Origin: Zygnema circumcarinatum SAG 698-1b
Lineage: Eukaryota; Plantae; Zygnematophyceae
Reading direction: 5' to 3'
Length of the DNA: 64,000 bases
Assembly: GCA_037447605.1 (NCBI GenBank)
Contig: CM074810.1
Span: 3,258,880 to 3,322,879 of the forward strand
In this document: piece after piece, positions 23,255 through 60,952 of the stretch
Numbering within the stretch: position 1 is the first letter of the stretch
Layout of the letters: each line of letters opens with the position of its first letter
Program-made: the position numbers and the translations under genes
The notes under the pieces: model-generated
What the model was told of the DNA's origin: nothing
Database searches by the model: none
The model's input: the letters and a program-made list of their open reading frames with translations, nothing else

Positions 23255-26200
23255 CTCTGCAATAAGGTCACAACAAACCATAGCAGGTACTTGTCAGCCA
23301 CATTTTTCGTATTGATTATTATTATTATTTTGTTTCCCACAAAAGGCCTATAGATAAGAACTGCACAATAATCAAGGATCACGAATGAATCCAAGACCAA
23401 AGATCTAAGGTCAAGGATCAAAGGTCGAGGATTAAGGATCAAAGGTCGAGGATTAAGGATCAAGGATCAAGGATGTAAGGTTAAGGGTCAACGGTCAAGG
23501 ATCGAGGATCGAAGGTCAAGGGTCATCAAGGATCAGGGGTCAAGGATCGAGGATCGAAGGTCAAGGGTCATCAAGAAGGTCAAGGGTCATCAAGGATCAG
23601 GGGTCAAGGATCGAGGATCGAAGGTCAAGGGTCATCAAGGATCAGGGATCAAGGATCAAAGATAAAGGATCCAAGATCAAGGATGAAAGTCGAAAATTCA
23701 GGTTCAAGGAGCCGTCAAGAGCTCGTTTACAAGGGCTGTAGATACCCACCATGCATGCATCACTATGGCAATGAAGCCCAGCATGTCCTGTGAGCCATAC
23801 TGTGGAACAAATTCAGGTGAAGCTTAGATTTGAATTTCTGACGAAGCTTGATAAAGAGGTTGAGCACTTACAGATCTTGTTGAAGGCAACAATGTCGCAG
23901 CTCTGAATGTACTCGGCTGCGTCAGTGCCCTCGGCGGTGAGATGGTCCTCAATGAGCTCATCAAGAGAGACAAGGTCGTCCACAATGGTGAGCATAATGG
24001 TCAGCTTCTTGATGCCATAGCCGACCGCCTGCAATTTCGCTGCAAGCGGGGATGGGGGATGGACGACGGATGGGGAAGAAAGTAAGAGAGAGAGAGTATG
24101 GTAGGTTTCATCACCAATACATAGGTCGCAACACAGAACTGCATTTACTGAATGCATAACGCTGATAAAGTCCAGAATTCCAACAGAGTTAAAGCACAAA
24201 CTATCAGAGAGAGCAACGTACTCATTGTGTTCTGAATAAAACCTTAAGTGAAAATTATGCAGTCAAATGAGACTTCTGACATGCAACATGTTCCCAAAAC
24301 ACGACCATTGTTGGTCCAATGAGAGCTGTGGTAAGTACATCTCAGTCAGGTTGAGGCAGCACTAAACACCACCTCAGGCTGGAAAGGTGGAGGACTTACA
24401 AGCTCCCCATGTAAGACCATCCATGTGAACAGATCTCACTGCAGCTTCCAACTTAGCCATATCCGTCTCGTCATCCCATGGCTTCACGTCCAAAAGAATT
24501 GAAGACTTGCCAACTGTGCACAGAACACAAAACAAGCTATAACTATTTATCATTCATCTGCTTGGGAGAAAATCAAAGGCGATGGGAGCCTCAACATAAT
24601 GCGAAGGCTGCGATGCAGTAGCATGCTTTACTCTCTCATAATAAATTCGGCCTAGCTAGAGGCCGAAGGATACTCTCTCGCACATAAAATCTTTCCTTCG
24701 AAAACAGAAACGTTACGGAACAGGGACATGAGGCCATGTCTACTCGATCAAGCTTGCTTTCCGAAAACATGAACACATTGATGCGTGCAAACATCTACTT
24801 ACCAGGTTTAACCTTGCCAGATTTTTCTGCTGCAGCCTTACGCGCTGCTGATGCCGCCTTCTCTTCCGCTGTCTCCTCTCCAAAGAGATCCAAGTCGTCA
24901 TCATCATCATCATCCTGCAAACACATGCAATACAACCCTACATGAGACATATGAAACGCCAACACGATAACTAAACACTTGGACGACAAAAATGACGAGC
25001 ATGAAGTCACCCCTCATCTCCCTATAGTCAGATAATAAATCTATCTGGAAAAGTTGCAGTCATGCCCGTGTAAAAAGAAACTGATTAAGATAAATAAACT
25101 AAGACAGTGGAAGAGCAAGTAGGGAGTGGAAGAAAAACACCTCCCCGTGTTCTAAACTCTTCAACAGCGAGAAGGGAAAAAAACCATGGAAACCGTCTAT
25201 AAGGCTGAGCTTACAGCAGGCGCTGCCGCTGCTTCTGATTCTGCTGGTGCAGGCGTGGAAGGAGCCGCAGGTGTAGCCTCCTTTACTGCAGAGGGAGGAG
25301 GTGCAGATGGGGCAACCGCTCCGCTGCCGAGCACCACTCCAACTCCTTCTCCAGGGAAGCTGTTACAACAAAAAACAAAAGCAACACAAGGGGCTTACTG
25401 GATGCAGGTCAACAAGAATGAATACTCAATTTCACAATGCCAGCTTTAAAGGATGCAGATACTAGACAGCATTGGGACTCACGAAATCTAGATGGGGGAA
25501 CACTGGAAACACTCAAGAGTCGAGAAACCAATACAGGCACTTTACATGATCCAAACACAGATCCAAAGAAAAACAAAATAAAAATGAAGGACATAGGAAG
25601 CATGAAAAGCTACAGTGAATGACAATTAGTTGGAATCGGCAGCAAGTACTTACTGATGGCCAAGGAGGAAAGTGATGTGCTTGTACCACCGGGCAGCGTG
25701 AGGATAAGAAGCAGAGGGAGCAGTGGCCAACGCACTGTACACTGCCAAGTCATCACGCGACGCTTGATAGCTGCACAGAGAGAGCGAGTGTGTGTGTGTG
25801 TGAGAGAGAGAGAGAAAGAGGGCGAAAGGAAGGCGCCATAGTTTAAGTCAGACTCTTGTGCAGCTAAGGACAAAAAAAAGTGGAACTTTAAAGAATGTCG
25901 TGCAGACAGTCTCTAAAACTGAATCTTTAAAAATGTACTTTTCGCCTTTTCATCCCCTTTCCTACTTTTATTTATTGCTTTTTTTTTTTAAAACTAGCAG
26001 CAACCACGAAGAGAGGTTCCTCAGTCTGAATACTAGGGAAGGCTCGAGTGAACAATGCAAGCCACAGCTGCACGCTATATTTCAAGCCGTAACAGACAAC
26101 TTTGCATAGAGCAAATGCAGCCGAATATGCATAAGCTCCACTTATTAACCTTTCTCCAAACATAGCATACATGTTTCTTCCAACTTAAGTCCTTCGTCCT

Positions 26201-26381
26201 TCAAACAGAACTCAAAAAGATGCGCCTTATTGCTTCAAACAACACACAAAGAAACACATCATGCATACATAAGCAGGCAGGCATCCCTCCCTTACCCGGT
26301 GACATAGCTGCGATGGAGCAGATAGGTATCCAGCTCCTTCAAGCCCTCCGCAGTGCTCAAATCGCCGAAGGTGACGGCCAT
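23255..26381 (-). CDS. EF1B: Translation elongation factor 1B beta/delta subunit (247 aa)
   Basis: Exons 26296-26381, 25654-25770, 25215-25359, 24803-24914, 24400-24513 and 23872-24039, then a probable split stop T|AG at 23255-23256. Motifs [35 protein letters not shown] and [11 protein letters not shown]. Phases are consistent. Confidence 0.96.
23400..23705. repeat. 7-bp-periodic minisatellite with a 45-bp higher-order unit in the last EF1B intron
   Basis: Heptamers caaggat/cgaggat/cgaaggt/caagggt. Confidence 0.9.
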
Positions 26382-27279
26382 GGCTGCGCCTCTTTGCTTT
26401 TCTTCTTAAACTCAAAAGTAGAATCTTAAATCTTAATCTTGGAAAAAGCTTCCAAGAATTTGCAGGTCCTTGGAATCAAAGCAGCAGGAGTTACAGGGCG
26501 CTTCCAAGTAGCTGTTGTTCCAAGAGTAAGGTTCAGGGCCTAAATGTTCTTACTTCTGCCTGAGCTGCCCGTGGTCTCAAAAAACCGCAGGAGTCCTCCG
26601 ATCAAAGATCTGACGGTCCAAATGAAATATGGTTTTATTCCTCGGGCAGGGAATTGCAAAATTTTGAGGATGCCTTTACAGGGAGGGGTTTATGGGCGTC
26701 TGCGAATATTCCAGACCGTCCGTACGACTGCATGGAACTAGTTCCCAGTTGAACACAACATTTACATGCGCAGTTAAACGCCAAACTGGAGCATGAATCA
26801 GGCACAAATCACGCTTTGCACGTCACGTATATCAGGAACTGTGGAGAGTTTCAGAAGTTCCATGTGAATCATTGGACCATTTCCACATATTATGTTCTCT
26901 TGAGTTCTTAGAAAGAAAAAAAAGGAAAGGAAAGGGTTCTGACTCTTTTCAATTGTTCAGGTTTCTTAGATTATAGGGGTTCAGGGTTTTAGGGTTTTCA
27001 GTTCCATCAAGAAGGCTTGCTCTGTGAACCCACACCATATGAATGTGAATACCGAGAATTCTTGCTGAACCCTTACCCTAAAATCCCAACAGTTTCACGA
27101 ATTAAAAACTGACTAGTTAAATGGGAGAATGGAATGAGCAACATAGAAGTAAAAACCATCTGAATTCTGACCCTCCCAACTATCCCTGAACCCTAAACCT
27201 GAACTCTGAAACCCATACAAACCCTAAAAATGGTTCCTGAGTCCTGACCATCCCCGATCCCCAGCGCCTAGCCCTGTGG

Positions 27280-36227
<8,948 letters not shown>

Positions 36228-37014
36228 TGCCGATAATTTTCTTTCTGACAACAATTTGCACCAAAACTACAACAAGTGGATGTAAGTTAAGCTTAATTTA
36301 GTGAAAAACTGTTTATTACAGAAGCTGGATGAAATTTTCAGCTAGAAACAGACAAAGGCGGCTGCCAAGGAAGACACTGGTTGTGTTGATTTCAAGTTCA
36401 AGTTTGAAGCCCTGCGTCCTGAATGAAGGCAGTAGGCTCAATAATGAGTATCTGCAGTAGCTACACAAACGTCTGCTTTCTGTAATGCCAGCAGAGATGG
36501 GACACTACGACATGGCTTCGACCTGCTTGAAACGAGCTCTAATAATTCCTAAAGAGAGGGCTTCAAGCCTTCCTTCAAGACGCCATGGTTCGCTCTGCTG
36601 CAAAAAATTGAGCACGTGGCAATTTTTCGTCTGTTTAAGCTCGTGGATGAGAGAGAGGGCAGCGCAAGCGCTTGTGAAGGTGGAAGGTGGCGAGCAAGAG
36701 GGAGGGAGGGAGGCGATCGAAGGACTGAGTTTATTATCAAGGAGGTAACAGAGGAGGTGAAGGAGGTGCCTGATGATGCAGCCTGCTTGAAAATAGGGTT
36801 ACCTTGCAAAACAAGCTCTGAAGCTGGTGCAGCGATGATTTTAGGGTTCTGAAAAGATGAGCGTGTAGCAATGTGAGCATGCTATAAGTATCTTATTAAA
36901 ACAGGAAACGATGAAGGCTTGTAGGTGTTGTGAGTTTGCTGGGTAGGCTGCCATTGTCTATCTTCTTGAATCTTGTTTTTCGGAAACCAGTAACTCAGCA
37001 GTGGTGCGTGCTTA

Positions 37015-37072
37015 TTCATCATCATCATCATCATCATCATAATCATCATCGTCAGCATCATCATCATCATCA
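37015..37072. repeat. (CAT)n microsatellite between the divergent LeuRS and RHIP1 genes
   Basis: catcatcat run. Confidence 0.9.
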
Positions 37073-37197
37073 TCCTATATTTGTACGAAAGGACACTGCT
37101 TTCAGTTTACCAGAACTATTAGGGTTCTTTCTTAAGCAGGCATTGCTCTTGAGCGGTTTGATCCAATCAACGGATCTGAACATCATCTTTCAAGAAG

Positions 37198-40545
<3,348 letters not shown>

Positions 40546-42280
40546 AGAGGTGCTCAAAACGCAAAACTTGGCTGCTATGAATCTCATTGAAGCTCCATCT
40601 TCTGCGAGTGGAGGCAAGAAGCAACTAGTCCGAATCATGCCTTCTTCCGCTTCCCCTTTTTTGGTCTGGAGCCTTCAGTTTAGCACTTGTGACATAGGGT
40701 GGGGTGAGAGAGAGAGAGAGAAAGAAGGTGAGCGCGGGCGAGAGGAAGAGGTTTCCTTTGGGGTCAAATCGGCGTCGGTCGAACCTGTTCTGTTCTGTTC
40801 CTTTGTGTTTATCCAACGAGTTACATGTTGTCAGGCAGGTGCAGTAAAGGAAGGTCCAGATGTAGAGGGATAGGAAGGGCAAAGCGAGAATGAGAGAAAG
40901 AAACGCGTGAGTCCAATTCCTATTAAGCTTGTTAATGTCAACCACTGCTCGTTTTGTTCTATAGAGGATGCCTTCTTTTCTACGATACTCTTGCATTCAT
41001 TGATGGTACAATTTCTTGTGCCCATGTTCTACATCGGTACATTGAATTACAAGTTCCAATCAGAGCTCGCCACATTGGACACACTGTGTACTTGGTAACC
41101 TGGATTGGCCCGAGCCTTTCATGGTGCCCTCCATGGATTCCGACCTCATGTCTTATCAAGCACTCGAGTCAGAACATGAGGGCTGCCAGGAGTGCTCTGA
41201 ACTCTGCAAACTCCCCCAAGGCGGAGGGTTAGATGATGACTCTTTCCTCGCAGCAACATCACTAGTGGGAGGACATGCGAAGTCGGAGCAAACCCTAAAC
41301 AAGTGAACGAGTGAAACCGTGAGGTTTTCAGTTTCAAATGACAATTTCAAAACCCGAAACCCGGAATGTTTAAAACCTTTCACGTAATGCTTCCGTGTTG
41401 CCACTGAACGCTTTATCTCTTCGCAAATGCATGCATGCACCCATCCACCCATACATCCATACATCCATCCATGCACCCATCCACCCATCCACCCATCCAC
41501 CCATCCATCCATCCAGCCATCCATGCACTCATCCATCCTAACTGCCAAATCAACAACGGAGCTAAACTTCATTCATGAGATATGAAGCTTCAAATCACTG
41601 CGTCAGATCACTCAAAACTGGACAAGCAAAAGACGGAGGCCTATTAAACCTACCACCCTAAAACTGTGGTACTGGCAATAGGCCTACATCCGCACAAATT
41701 CGGCTACAGATCAAAACGACAGCTGGAGACGACTATTTACAAATGATGCTCTCTCTCTCTCTCTCTCATTTTAGGTACAGAACATGAAACCCCTCAACCA
41801 CCTCAACTTGAAAGGGTGATCCCCGTACCCCTTCTCCTAAGTCGCAGGAATCAAAGTGCAGCCTTATGGCAATGAACACTTGATTCCTACTGTAGCGAGT
41901 CGCTCTTCATAATCGGAAAACGTACAAAGGTATTCTATAAACACATCATTCGACTTTTCCCTTTCACCAACTTCCTTCCTTTTTTCATGAAAAGAGTTTT
42001 TAGAGTCAGCAGCAATACGTAACTGANNNNNNNNNNNNNNNNNNNNNNNNNNNNNNNNNNNNNNNNNNNNNNNNNNNNNNNNNNNNNNNNNNNNNNNNNN
42101 NNNNNNNNNNNNNNNNNNNNNNNNNNCTTCAGTCAAGTGATAGGGAACTCAATACCTTGACACTACTTTTAGGGCCTCTGAAAAAAAAGGTATAGAGATA
42201 TCTCAAAATGGATAAAAAAAAAAAATCCTGGGGAATGAGGAACAACAAAGTAAAGGAGTTTGAAAGGCTTCAGCGGCTTA

Positions 42281-43663
42281 CCTTGAATATTTGCAGCCAC
42301 AAAAACATAAACCAAATAAAACAAACTTCCACCAATCGCCATTTTGGAATGATGCTGAATTCGCTCAAAATTAGCACCTGCAAAAAAAAAAATGTCCCCT
42401 CCGAATAAAAACGAAATTGCAAACTAAAAAAAAACCAAACAGAAAAAGAAAAAAAGCTTGAAATTCAGCTTACATTGAGCCTCCGTAATTGAGACATTGT
42501 GGTTTTTTCCAAAAATGGTGTTCCGGAAGGTCCATTTCCTTGCTCAGAATTTTGATTTTCTTCGATTACAACTTCGTCCGAGGCAGGCACAATCCTCCGT
42601 TCCATGTCCGGCATTGGGTCGACGGCCGACGGATTCCGTTGAGAATTTACGGAATCCGTTGAACGATCTGTTGGTCCCAACTTCACGTTTCAAGTTCAGG
42701 AAGTCGCAGATTCATAAAAAAAAAAAAAAAAAAAAAATGGGGCAGGGTGGAGGTGGCGGTTTATTGGGTAAAATTTTTTTTTTGGGATGGAAAGAAAGGA
42801 GGCAGAATTTCGAAAAGAAAGGAGCAAAAACGTAATTTTAGGATGTGGGAAGTAATGGAATATACCGTCGTGTGTCGAAACTGAGCCAGCTTCGGTGTCC
42901 CCCATGGTTACCATTTGGCTCATGCTCCGCTCCTGGAGGGGGGGGAAGAGGAGAGAGAGAGAGAGGGAGAGAGAGGGAGAGAGAGGGAGAGAGAAAGAGA
43001 GAGGGAGAGAGGGAGAGGGAGGGAGAGAGGGAGAGAGAGGGAGAGAGAGAGGGAGAGAGGGGGAGTGAGAGGGAGAGAGAGGGGGAGGGAGGGAGAGGCA
43101 GGGAGAGGGAGAGAGAGAGGGAGAAAGTGGGGGAGAGAGAGAGAGAGAGAGGAGAGAGAGAAGCTGACAGGTTAGAGAGGGCATAACGACTGGGAGGATG
43201 TCCTTGATAGTTGGTTTTCTGACAGCTCTTACTGATTCCATTAATAATCCCTCCCAACTGAACTGAAACTGAATCGAACAAGCATGTGAGCCTCACCCTC
43301 GCCTTCCGACTCTCCTCCTGCCACGTGCTGATGCCCTTCACAAGGGTCCTCCACGTCATGTCTGCTCCACCCACAACACAAAGAAGTTACATACAAATCT
43401 CTCTCTTCACCACTTTCCCCCTCTCCTCCTCCCCATTTCCATCCTCCCCATCTTGTCTCTTTCTTCTGAAAAACACCCACAGGGACCCCCCTCACCCCCC
43501 AAGACGGAAGCAGCAAACAGAACGGAACGGAGGTTGGCATAGACGCAATTTCCTCCTATTCCACCTCCTTTCACTTTCCATCAAACCCCCAACTCAAAGA
43601 AAGACACAGCAACAGAACGGAACGCAACAGGAGGGAGGGAGGGAGGGAGGGGANNNNNNNNNN

Positions 43664-43696
<33 letters not shown>

Positions 43697-44946
43697 TGAG
43701 AGAGAGAGAAAGAACGTGAGAGAGAGTGAGAGAGAGAGGGAGAGTGCGAGAGGGGGAGAAAGAGTAAGAGAGAGAGGGAGAGAGAGACAGTGAGAGAGTG
43801 GGAGGTAGAGAGAGAGGGAGAGAGAGGGAGAGAGTGAGGAGAGAAGCTGACAGGTTGCCGCCGACACCAGCATTAGCATCAAAATATCGATCAAATTTTC
43901 ATTTCGTCATGTCCCTCCTCTCCCACTCCCCTTCTCTCCCCCCCCCCCCCCTCTCCGCCCCTTCTTATATCCCTCTCCCTCATCAGACGAGATTCTGTTC
44001 ACCGCTTAAAGAAAATTAATCCTCCCTTTCTCGCTGGCCTTACAAAAGATAAAAGGTTAAAGAAAGGCTCGGAGAGGGGGTAGGGGGGAGATTCAGATAA
44101 CATAAAAAGTGAAGTGCTCACTGACCTTGTGATAGGGCTGTAGCGGTTTTGGTGTCAAATCCGATCATGTTAAACATGGGGACAAACATGCCTCCCCCTC
44201 CCACACCCGCGGCGTTTGCAAGCACTGCTCCCACCACACTTATCGCCATGGCGCCGGCGTTCACCCCATTGAACTTGAACTTCTGCAACACATGATGGAA
44301 GGGTTCAGTAAAGCAAGAAGGCTTAAAAAAGAACGAAAAAAGAAAAGAAAATTAAAAAGAAAAGAAAGAAGGAAAAGATAAGTGGTAAAATGTCACTGCA
44401 ACTCCCCCTACTTTCGTCCTTCCCCATCCTCACCCTACTTCGCACATTCTCTCTTTCTGTTCTTCTCTCCCTTCCTTCTCCCTCCCGCCCCTCTTCTCCC
44501 CTATTTCCCATCCCCCTATTTCCCTTCCCCCCTCCCTCCCTCCCTCCTTTCTTCCCCCCCTCCCCCCTCCNNNNNNNNNNACCCCCCTCCCTCCCTCTCT
44601 CCTCTTTCCCCCTCCCTTCCCTCCCTCCCCCTGTAAAGCAGCCATGGCGGCCCCCCACCGGCCAGTTCTTCCTCAGCGCTGTAACGCTGCCCTGCCCCCC
44701 GCCCTCCTCCGCCCTCCGCCAGAACGCCTTCGCCGCCCAGCCCAGCCACGCATCACCTGCCAGTGATGCATGCGAGCCAGATGTCGATGATGCAGACGAA
44801 TTCAGTGATGTTGGGGCCGCCTGTACATCACCCTGCCTCTCCCCAAGCGCGGACAAGAGCGACCATCTGTCTGCTGCAGCGGCGCTGCCAAGCAGGCAGG
44901 TCAGCAGCAGGAGGAGGAGGGCGGGCGGGAGCTTGGAGGCCGCCAT
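42281..44946 (-). CDS. Sulfite exporter TauE/SafE family membrane protein, partial (internal and 3' exons probably in N gaps)
   Basis: Exon 1 (44659-44946) has a signal peptide (MAASKLPPALLLLLL...) and ends KNWP. Exon 2 (44126-44282) reads GAVLANAAGVGGGGMFVPM...GFDTKTATALSQ. Later pieces are MTWRTLVKGISTWQEE (~43300-43375) and LVEVCFIWFMFLWLQIFK (~42281-42340). Confidence 0.8.
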
Positions 44947-45110
44947 GGCTTCCAAGAAGGAGGTGCCCGCAGAGTGGGGTCAGAATCAGGCTTTGTTGAC
45001 TGCAAGAATCGGCGTTAGGTCTGCAGGAGGGCGAGGAGGGGGAGTTTGGCGCCAGCTGGTGAGCGCTCGCGAGCTCTCCCGTCACAGGGGCTACGGGAAG
45101 GGAAGAGCCC

Positions 45111-45118
45111 TATTTATA
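45111..45118 (-). promoter_or_regulatory. TATA box of the TauE gene
   Basis: TATAAATA on the minus strand about 165 bp upstream of the ATG. Confidence 0.6.
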
Positions 45119-46719
45119 GTGTTCGAAAGGCGGGCAGAGGGTGAAACTTTCAAAGTTCGAGGTTCGGGCAGACGAAACAACCAGATATAGGACACGTGTA
45201 ATCTACTGATTGGTTTAGCATGGGAAAAAAGAACTGGCGACGGTAAGGTTGACACGTGTTGCATTTTTTGGTGAAATGGAAAAGTTTTGGAGTATAAAAA
45301 TTTAGGAAGTATAGTTTTTCGGGCTGACCGGAAAGGCGGAGGGCGGCCCTTGCGAGCCGAAAGGGGGAGGGCGGGGATTCGGAGCGTCGGAGGTTTCTTT
45401 TTTTTGGGCTGGCGGTTACCTGCCCACCGACATTCTAGCGGGCAGCAGGCAGGATAAAAATGAATTTAATAATTGTTTGTTGTTTTTGTTTGTTTTGCTT
45501 GTTTTTGTTGTATTTTTGTTTTGTTAATTTTTTGTTTATTTTGTTTGTTTTTGTTTTTCTGCCCGCGAAAACATATTCATCTAAAGGGGCTCTCAATTAA
45601 GGTTGAAGAAAAATGAGAAGCTATTTACACATCCTTTTGGCTAGATGCACACCTTCTTTCACCGGTCAGATTTTAGGGTTTTAAGGGGTTTTTATATAAT
45701 CGTAAAGGTGTGTCTCTAGTGGAAAAGGTGTGTAAAATTTAGATTTCGAGGAAAAAAATTGCTGATTTTTTGTTACATTTGCCCAATTTGTTTGGGCACG
45801 CAGTGACGATCAGACACGTGTCCATAAATTTCTTAAAAAAGTTGAACTGCTCAAAATGCAAACTGTCCATAACACATCCAAAATGGAGAACATATTCATT
45901 TTTCAACTTCAATTTTTTTAAAAAGAAAAAGGAAAACGTTGATCAGTTGGCGACCCTTCGACTGAGCCGTCACAAAAAAACGACAAAAAGGTCCGCAGAA
46001 TCGAGGGCAGATTCGCGACCACACAGACGAAAACGTCCAAAAAACTGTTCTGTCGTATTCTGCTAACTTGACCGGTCGTTGCGTTCCACGTCAGGTCATG
46101 GCTCCAATCCGCCAACCCGCGCTAGGCTGATTGCCACGTGGCAATCACCCATTGACGACTCTTTAACAGCTTGCCTTGGAGACCGAACCTCTAGGTCAGG
46201 CTCGAGCGACAGCTTCGGATCAGCTTTGGCATATCCCCTACCACGTCAGCTCGTAGACTTGCCCCCGGTGTACGGACACGCCACGTCAGCAAACTAAACA
46301 GCCCTAACTCCAATGACAGGATGTCACGTGACACTGCTGACGTAATTTGCAGCTTCGTACAGAATTCGTGCAAAACGACACTGCACTGTAAAATTTTGGG
46401 CCGTATCGTTTGAGGTATTATTGTAGCGGAGGAGGCGGAGTTTTCGTACGGACAAGCCAAGTTTGCCGTTGCAAACTTGGCTTTGGCGTTGCCGTTGGGG
46501 TGATTATACGAAGCTTCCGGTTGACGTCAGCAATGTCACGTGGCAGTTTCTAATTGGAGGAAGTAGAACTGGTATGCGAAATTAGAGAGTTGCAGTGTGT
46601 TGTTAACTGCTACTATGAGCCAGTCACAGGCTGCCACGCGACTTTTATGACGTCAACAGAAACTTCCCACAAAATTCGTGCAAACCGCCACTCCGTTCCA
46701 TGCGGGCGACGATCAGACT

Positions 46720-47715
46720 TTAACAAAATCTTACGAAATTAAGCGTTACGGGAAAATGGGTTACGAAAGCCCTCAGCCGCGCAAGGATCGCGATCGTACT
46801 GGAATACTCGCCCTGGTGTCAAACTTACGAGCACGCATATGGACGTTGCTCAAAAAAAAGGTTTTAGATTTTAAAAAAGTTTATGGATGTCGAGGTGCGA
46901 TCACACCTAAGCTACTAAACACCGGATCCCGTCAGACTTCCGCAGCGACGCGCGAGTAGTTTGGAGAACTACTGGGATGGGTGACCTCCGGGAAGTTCCG
47001 ATGTCCCGACAGCGCATTTCCGTCGCTTTGCAGCGCTGCCTTGCTTCCACCATCCTTCGGCGTGCAGCGGTTGTTGGTGCCCGTACCGGCGATCTCCCGC
47101 CCCTTCCTGCGCGTGTTGCGCCGCACATCGGCGACCTTCGCGGTTGCTTCTAAGTGCCGTGTTGTTGAGCCTAGAAGTAGATTTCTGTTTCGAGGCTTTC
47201 TCTTTGTCCTTATGTCCATTGTGACCGCTTCCTCTGGTTCCCTATGTCGATTTTATCCATGTACATTTGATGGCCTTGCCATCGTGAGTTCAATCAAACA
47301 TCTTTTCCCCTATTAACACCCCCATTTTATGTTTTTTACTTGCTACGCACTTTATTGGAAGGTCGATTTTTTCGGCTTGTGAAACTAAGAAAGTTGCATT
47401 CTGCACTTTTAGCCATCTCCCTCCAATAACATTCCGCCACGTGAACGGTTTGTCCACGTAGGACGTCCTCATACCCGTACTGGCACGCGAGATTTCGTAC
47501 ATTCCGTACGAACATTGCATCCCGTATATTTCGTACGATGTGTAGTGTGTAGGGATGGATTAGTTATTCTAGGGATGCGTTGTTGTGCGTAGGCGTAGTT
47601 TTCCGCTCCTAGCTTCGTTTTATTGTGTTTCGGTCCTTTGTGACCAGTCCTTCGTGGTTCCACATTTTGCCTTTATCCATGTACATTTGATGGCCTCGCC
47701 ATCGCGAGTTCAATG
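46720..47715 (-). repeat. Two tandem diverged copies of the unclassified dispersed repeat
   Basis: Cores at ~47150-47300 and ~47575-47715 align in reverse complement to 22180-22330. CGTA-rich flanks occur in all copies. Confidence 0.8.
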
Positions 47716-48697
47716 AAAGTTTGTTTCCTCGATTAGTTACGACTATATATTATATATTATATTATACAACTGTGACGACTAGATAACGGCTGATATATAT
47801 TAATTTACAACGCCTTTACAACATGTACGGTCGTACGGTCGTACGACTGTACGGTATTATGCGGTGAAGACTGAACCAGACGGACGCATTTCGCAACGCC
47901 AACGCCAAAACGACCTAACTTTGGTATGAAAGACCGTACGACCGTACGACTACGGTCGTACGGTCGTTAATTGTTCAAAATGAGTGGGTATAATATATGT
48001 AATAAACTGTTTTACTATGAGAGTTTCCCCGTGTTTTACTTTGTAATATATTACTATTTGTAAACCCGATAATATATTCGGAATTTATAACGCGGGCCAT
48101 CCCTAGTAGTGAGTGATCTAGTCTTGGAACTCTCTATGGAACTTAAAGCCAAAACCAAACCTTGGCTGTATGTTTGACTCCAAGCTTGTTGTTGTGAGCT
48201 CCATGTTCATCACAATTCGAGTATGAAAGATTGAATTATTGTACAATCAGGCAGCTTTGCCTGACTTTCTAAGCCAGATGACACGTGGCACACCTGAATT
48301 GGCTGAAGCAAATCTCCAACGTGATGGGGTTGGGCAAGACGTGGCAGATCACCATTGGATGAAGCCAGCAGGTGAAATTTTCGGGACATGTCCCAACAAA
48401 GAAATATACATGGCTTATTATCAACAAAGAATGGTCCGTCACATCTCTCTGACTAACTGACCGCCTCTCTCTCTCCTCTCCTCTCTCTCTCTCCCTCTCT
48501 CGCTCCTTTCTCTCTCCCTCTCCTCTCCATTGACCCCATTACTCGTACAACATCCAAATCAAGGGACCACATGAGCACATGACACCTCTCCTTGCACAGA
48601 CCTTTCCATGCGCAGTTTCTTTCCCTGGTTCCGTAAAACAGATCGTCAATTTACGCACATAGAATTCCAAAATGAGGGAAAAAGTTGGTGTTGGGTG

Positions 48698-60629
<11,932 letters not shown>

Positions 60630-60952
60630 CCCTCTCTTACTCGACAGCAGGGAAATCAAAGAGACGAGAGACTGTATCTGGAGAGAGAGAGAGACGCACA
60701 GGAGAAAACACAGAGAGAGAGAGCTAAGATAAAACTATAGTGTTGGAGGCAGAAAGGGCGGCGGCGAGGCGCTCCGCCTCTATCCCTCCCTCCCTCCCTC
60801 TCCCTGCGCGCCGAGCAGTTTTAGGGTTTGCGGCCTCCCTCCCTCCCTGCCTGTCTGCTGAGTATGGCGAGGGCGACCTGCCCTTCAGGCGAGGCAGGCG
60901 AGAGAGTTCGAATTCTCCTTTCTCCCGCCCTCCGAAGGAGAGAGTCGGTTCC

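Noticed and set aside
40625-41150. Minus-strand frame with CxxC and two in-frame TGA codons before a 123-aa ORF (selenoprotein or readthrough idea)
   Set aside because: No recognisable family, no SECIS identified and no convincing splice structure; likely UTR or intergenic chance.
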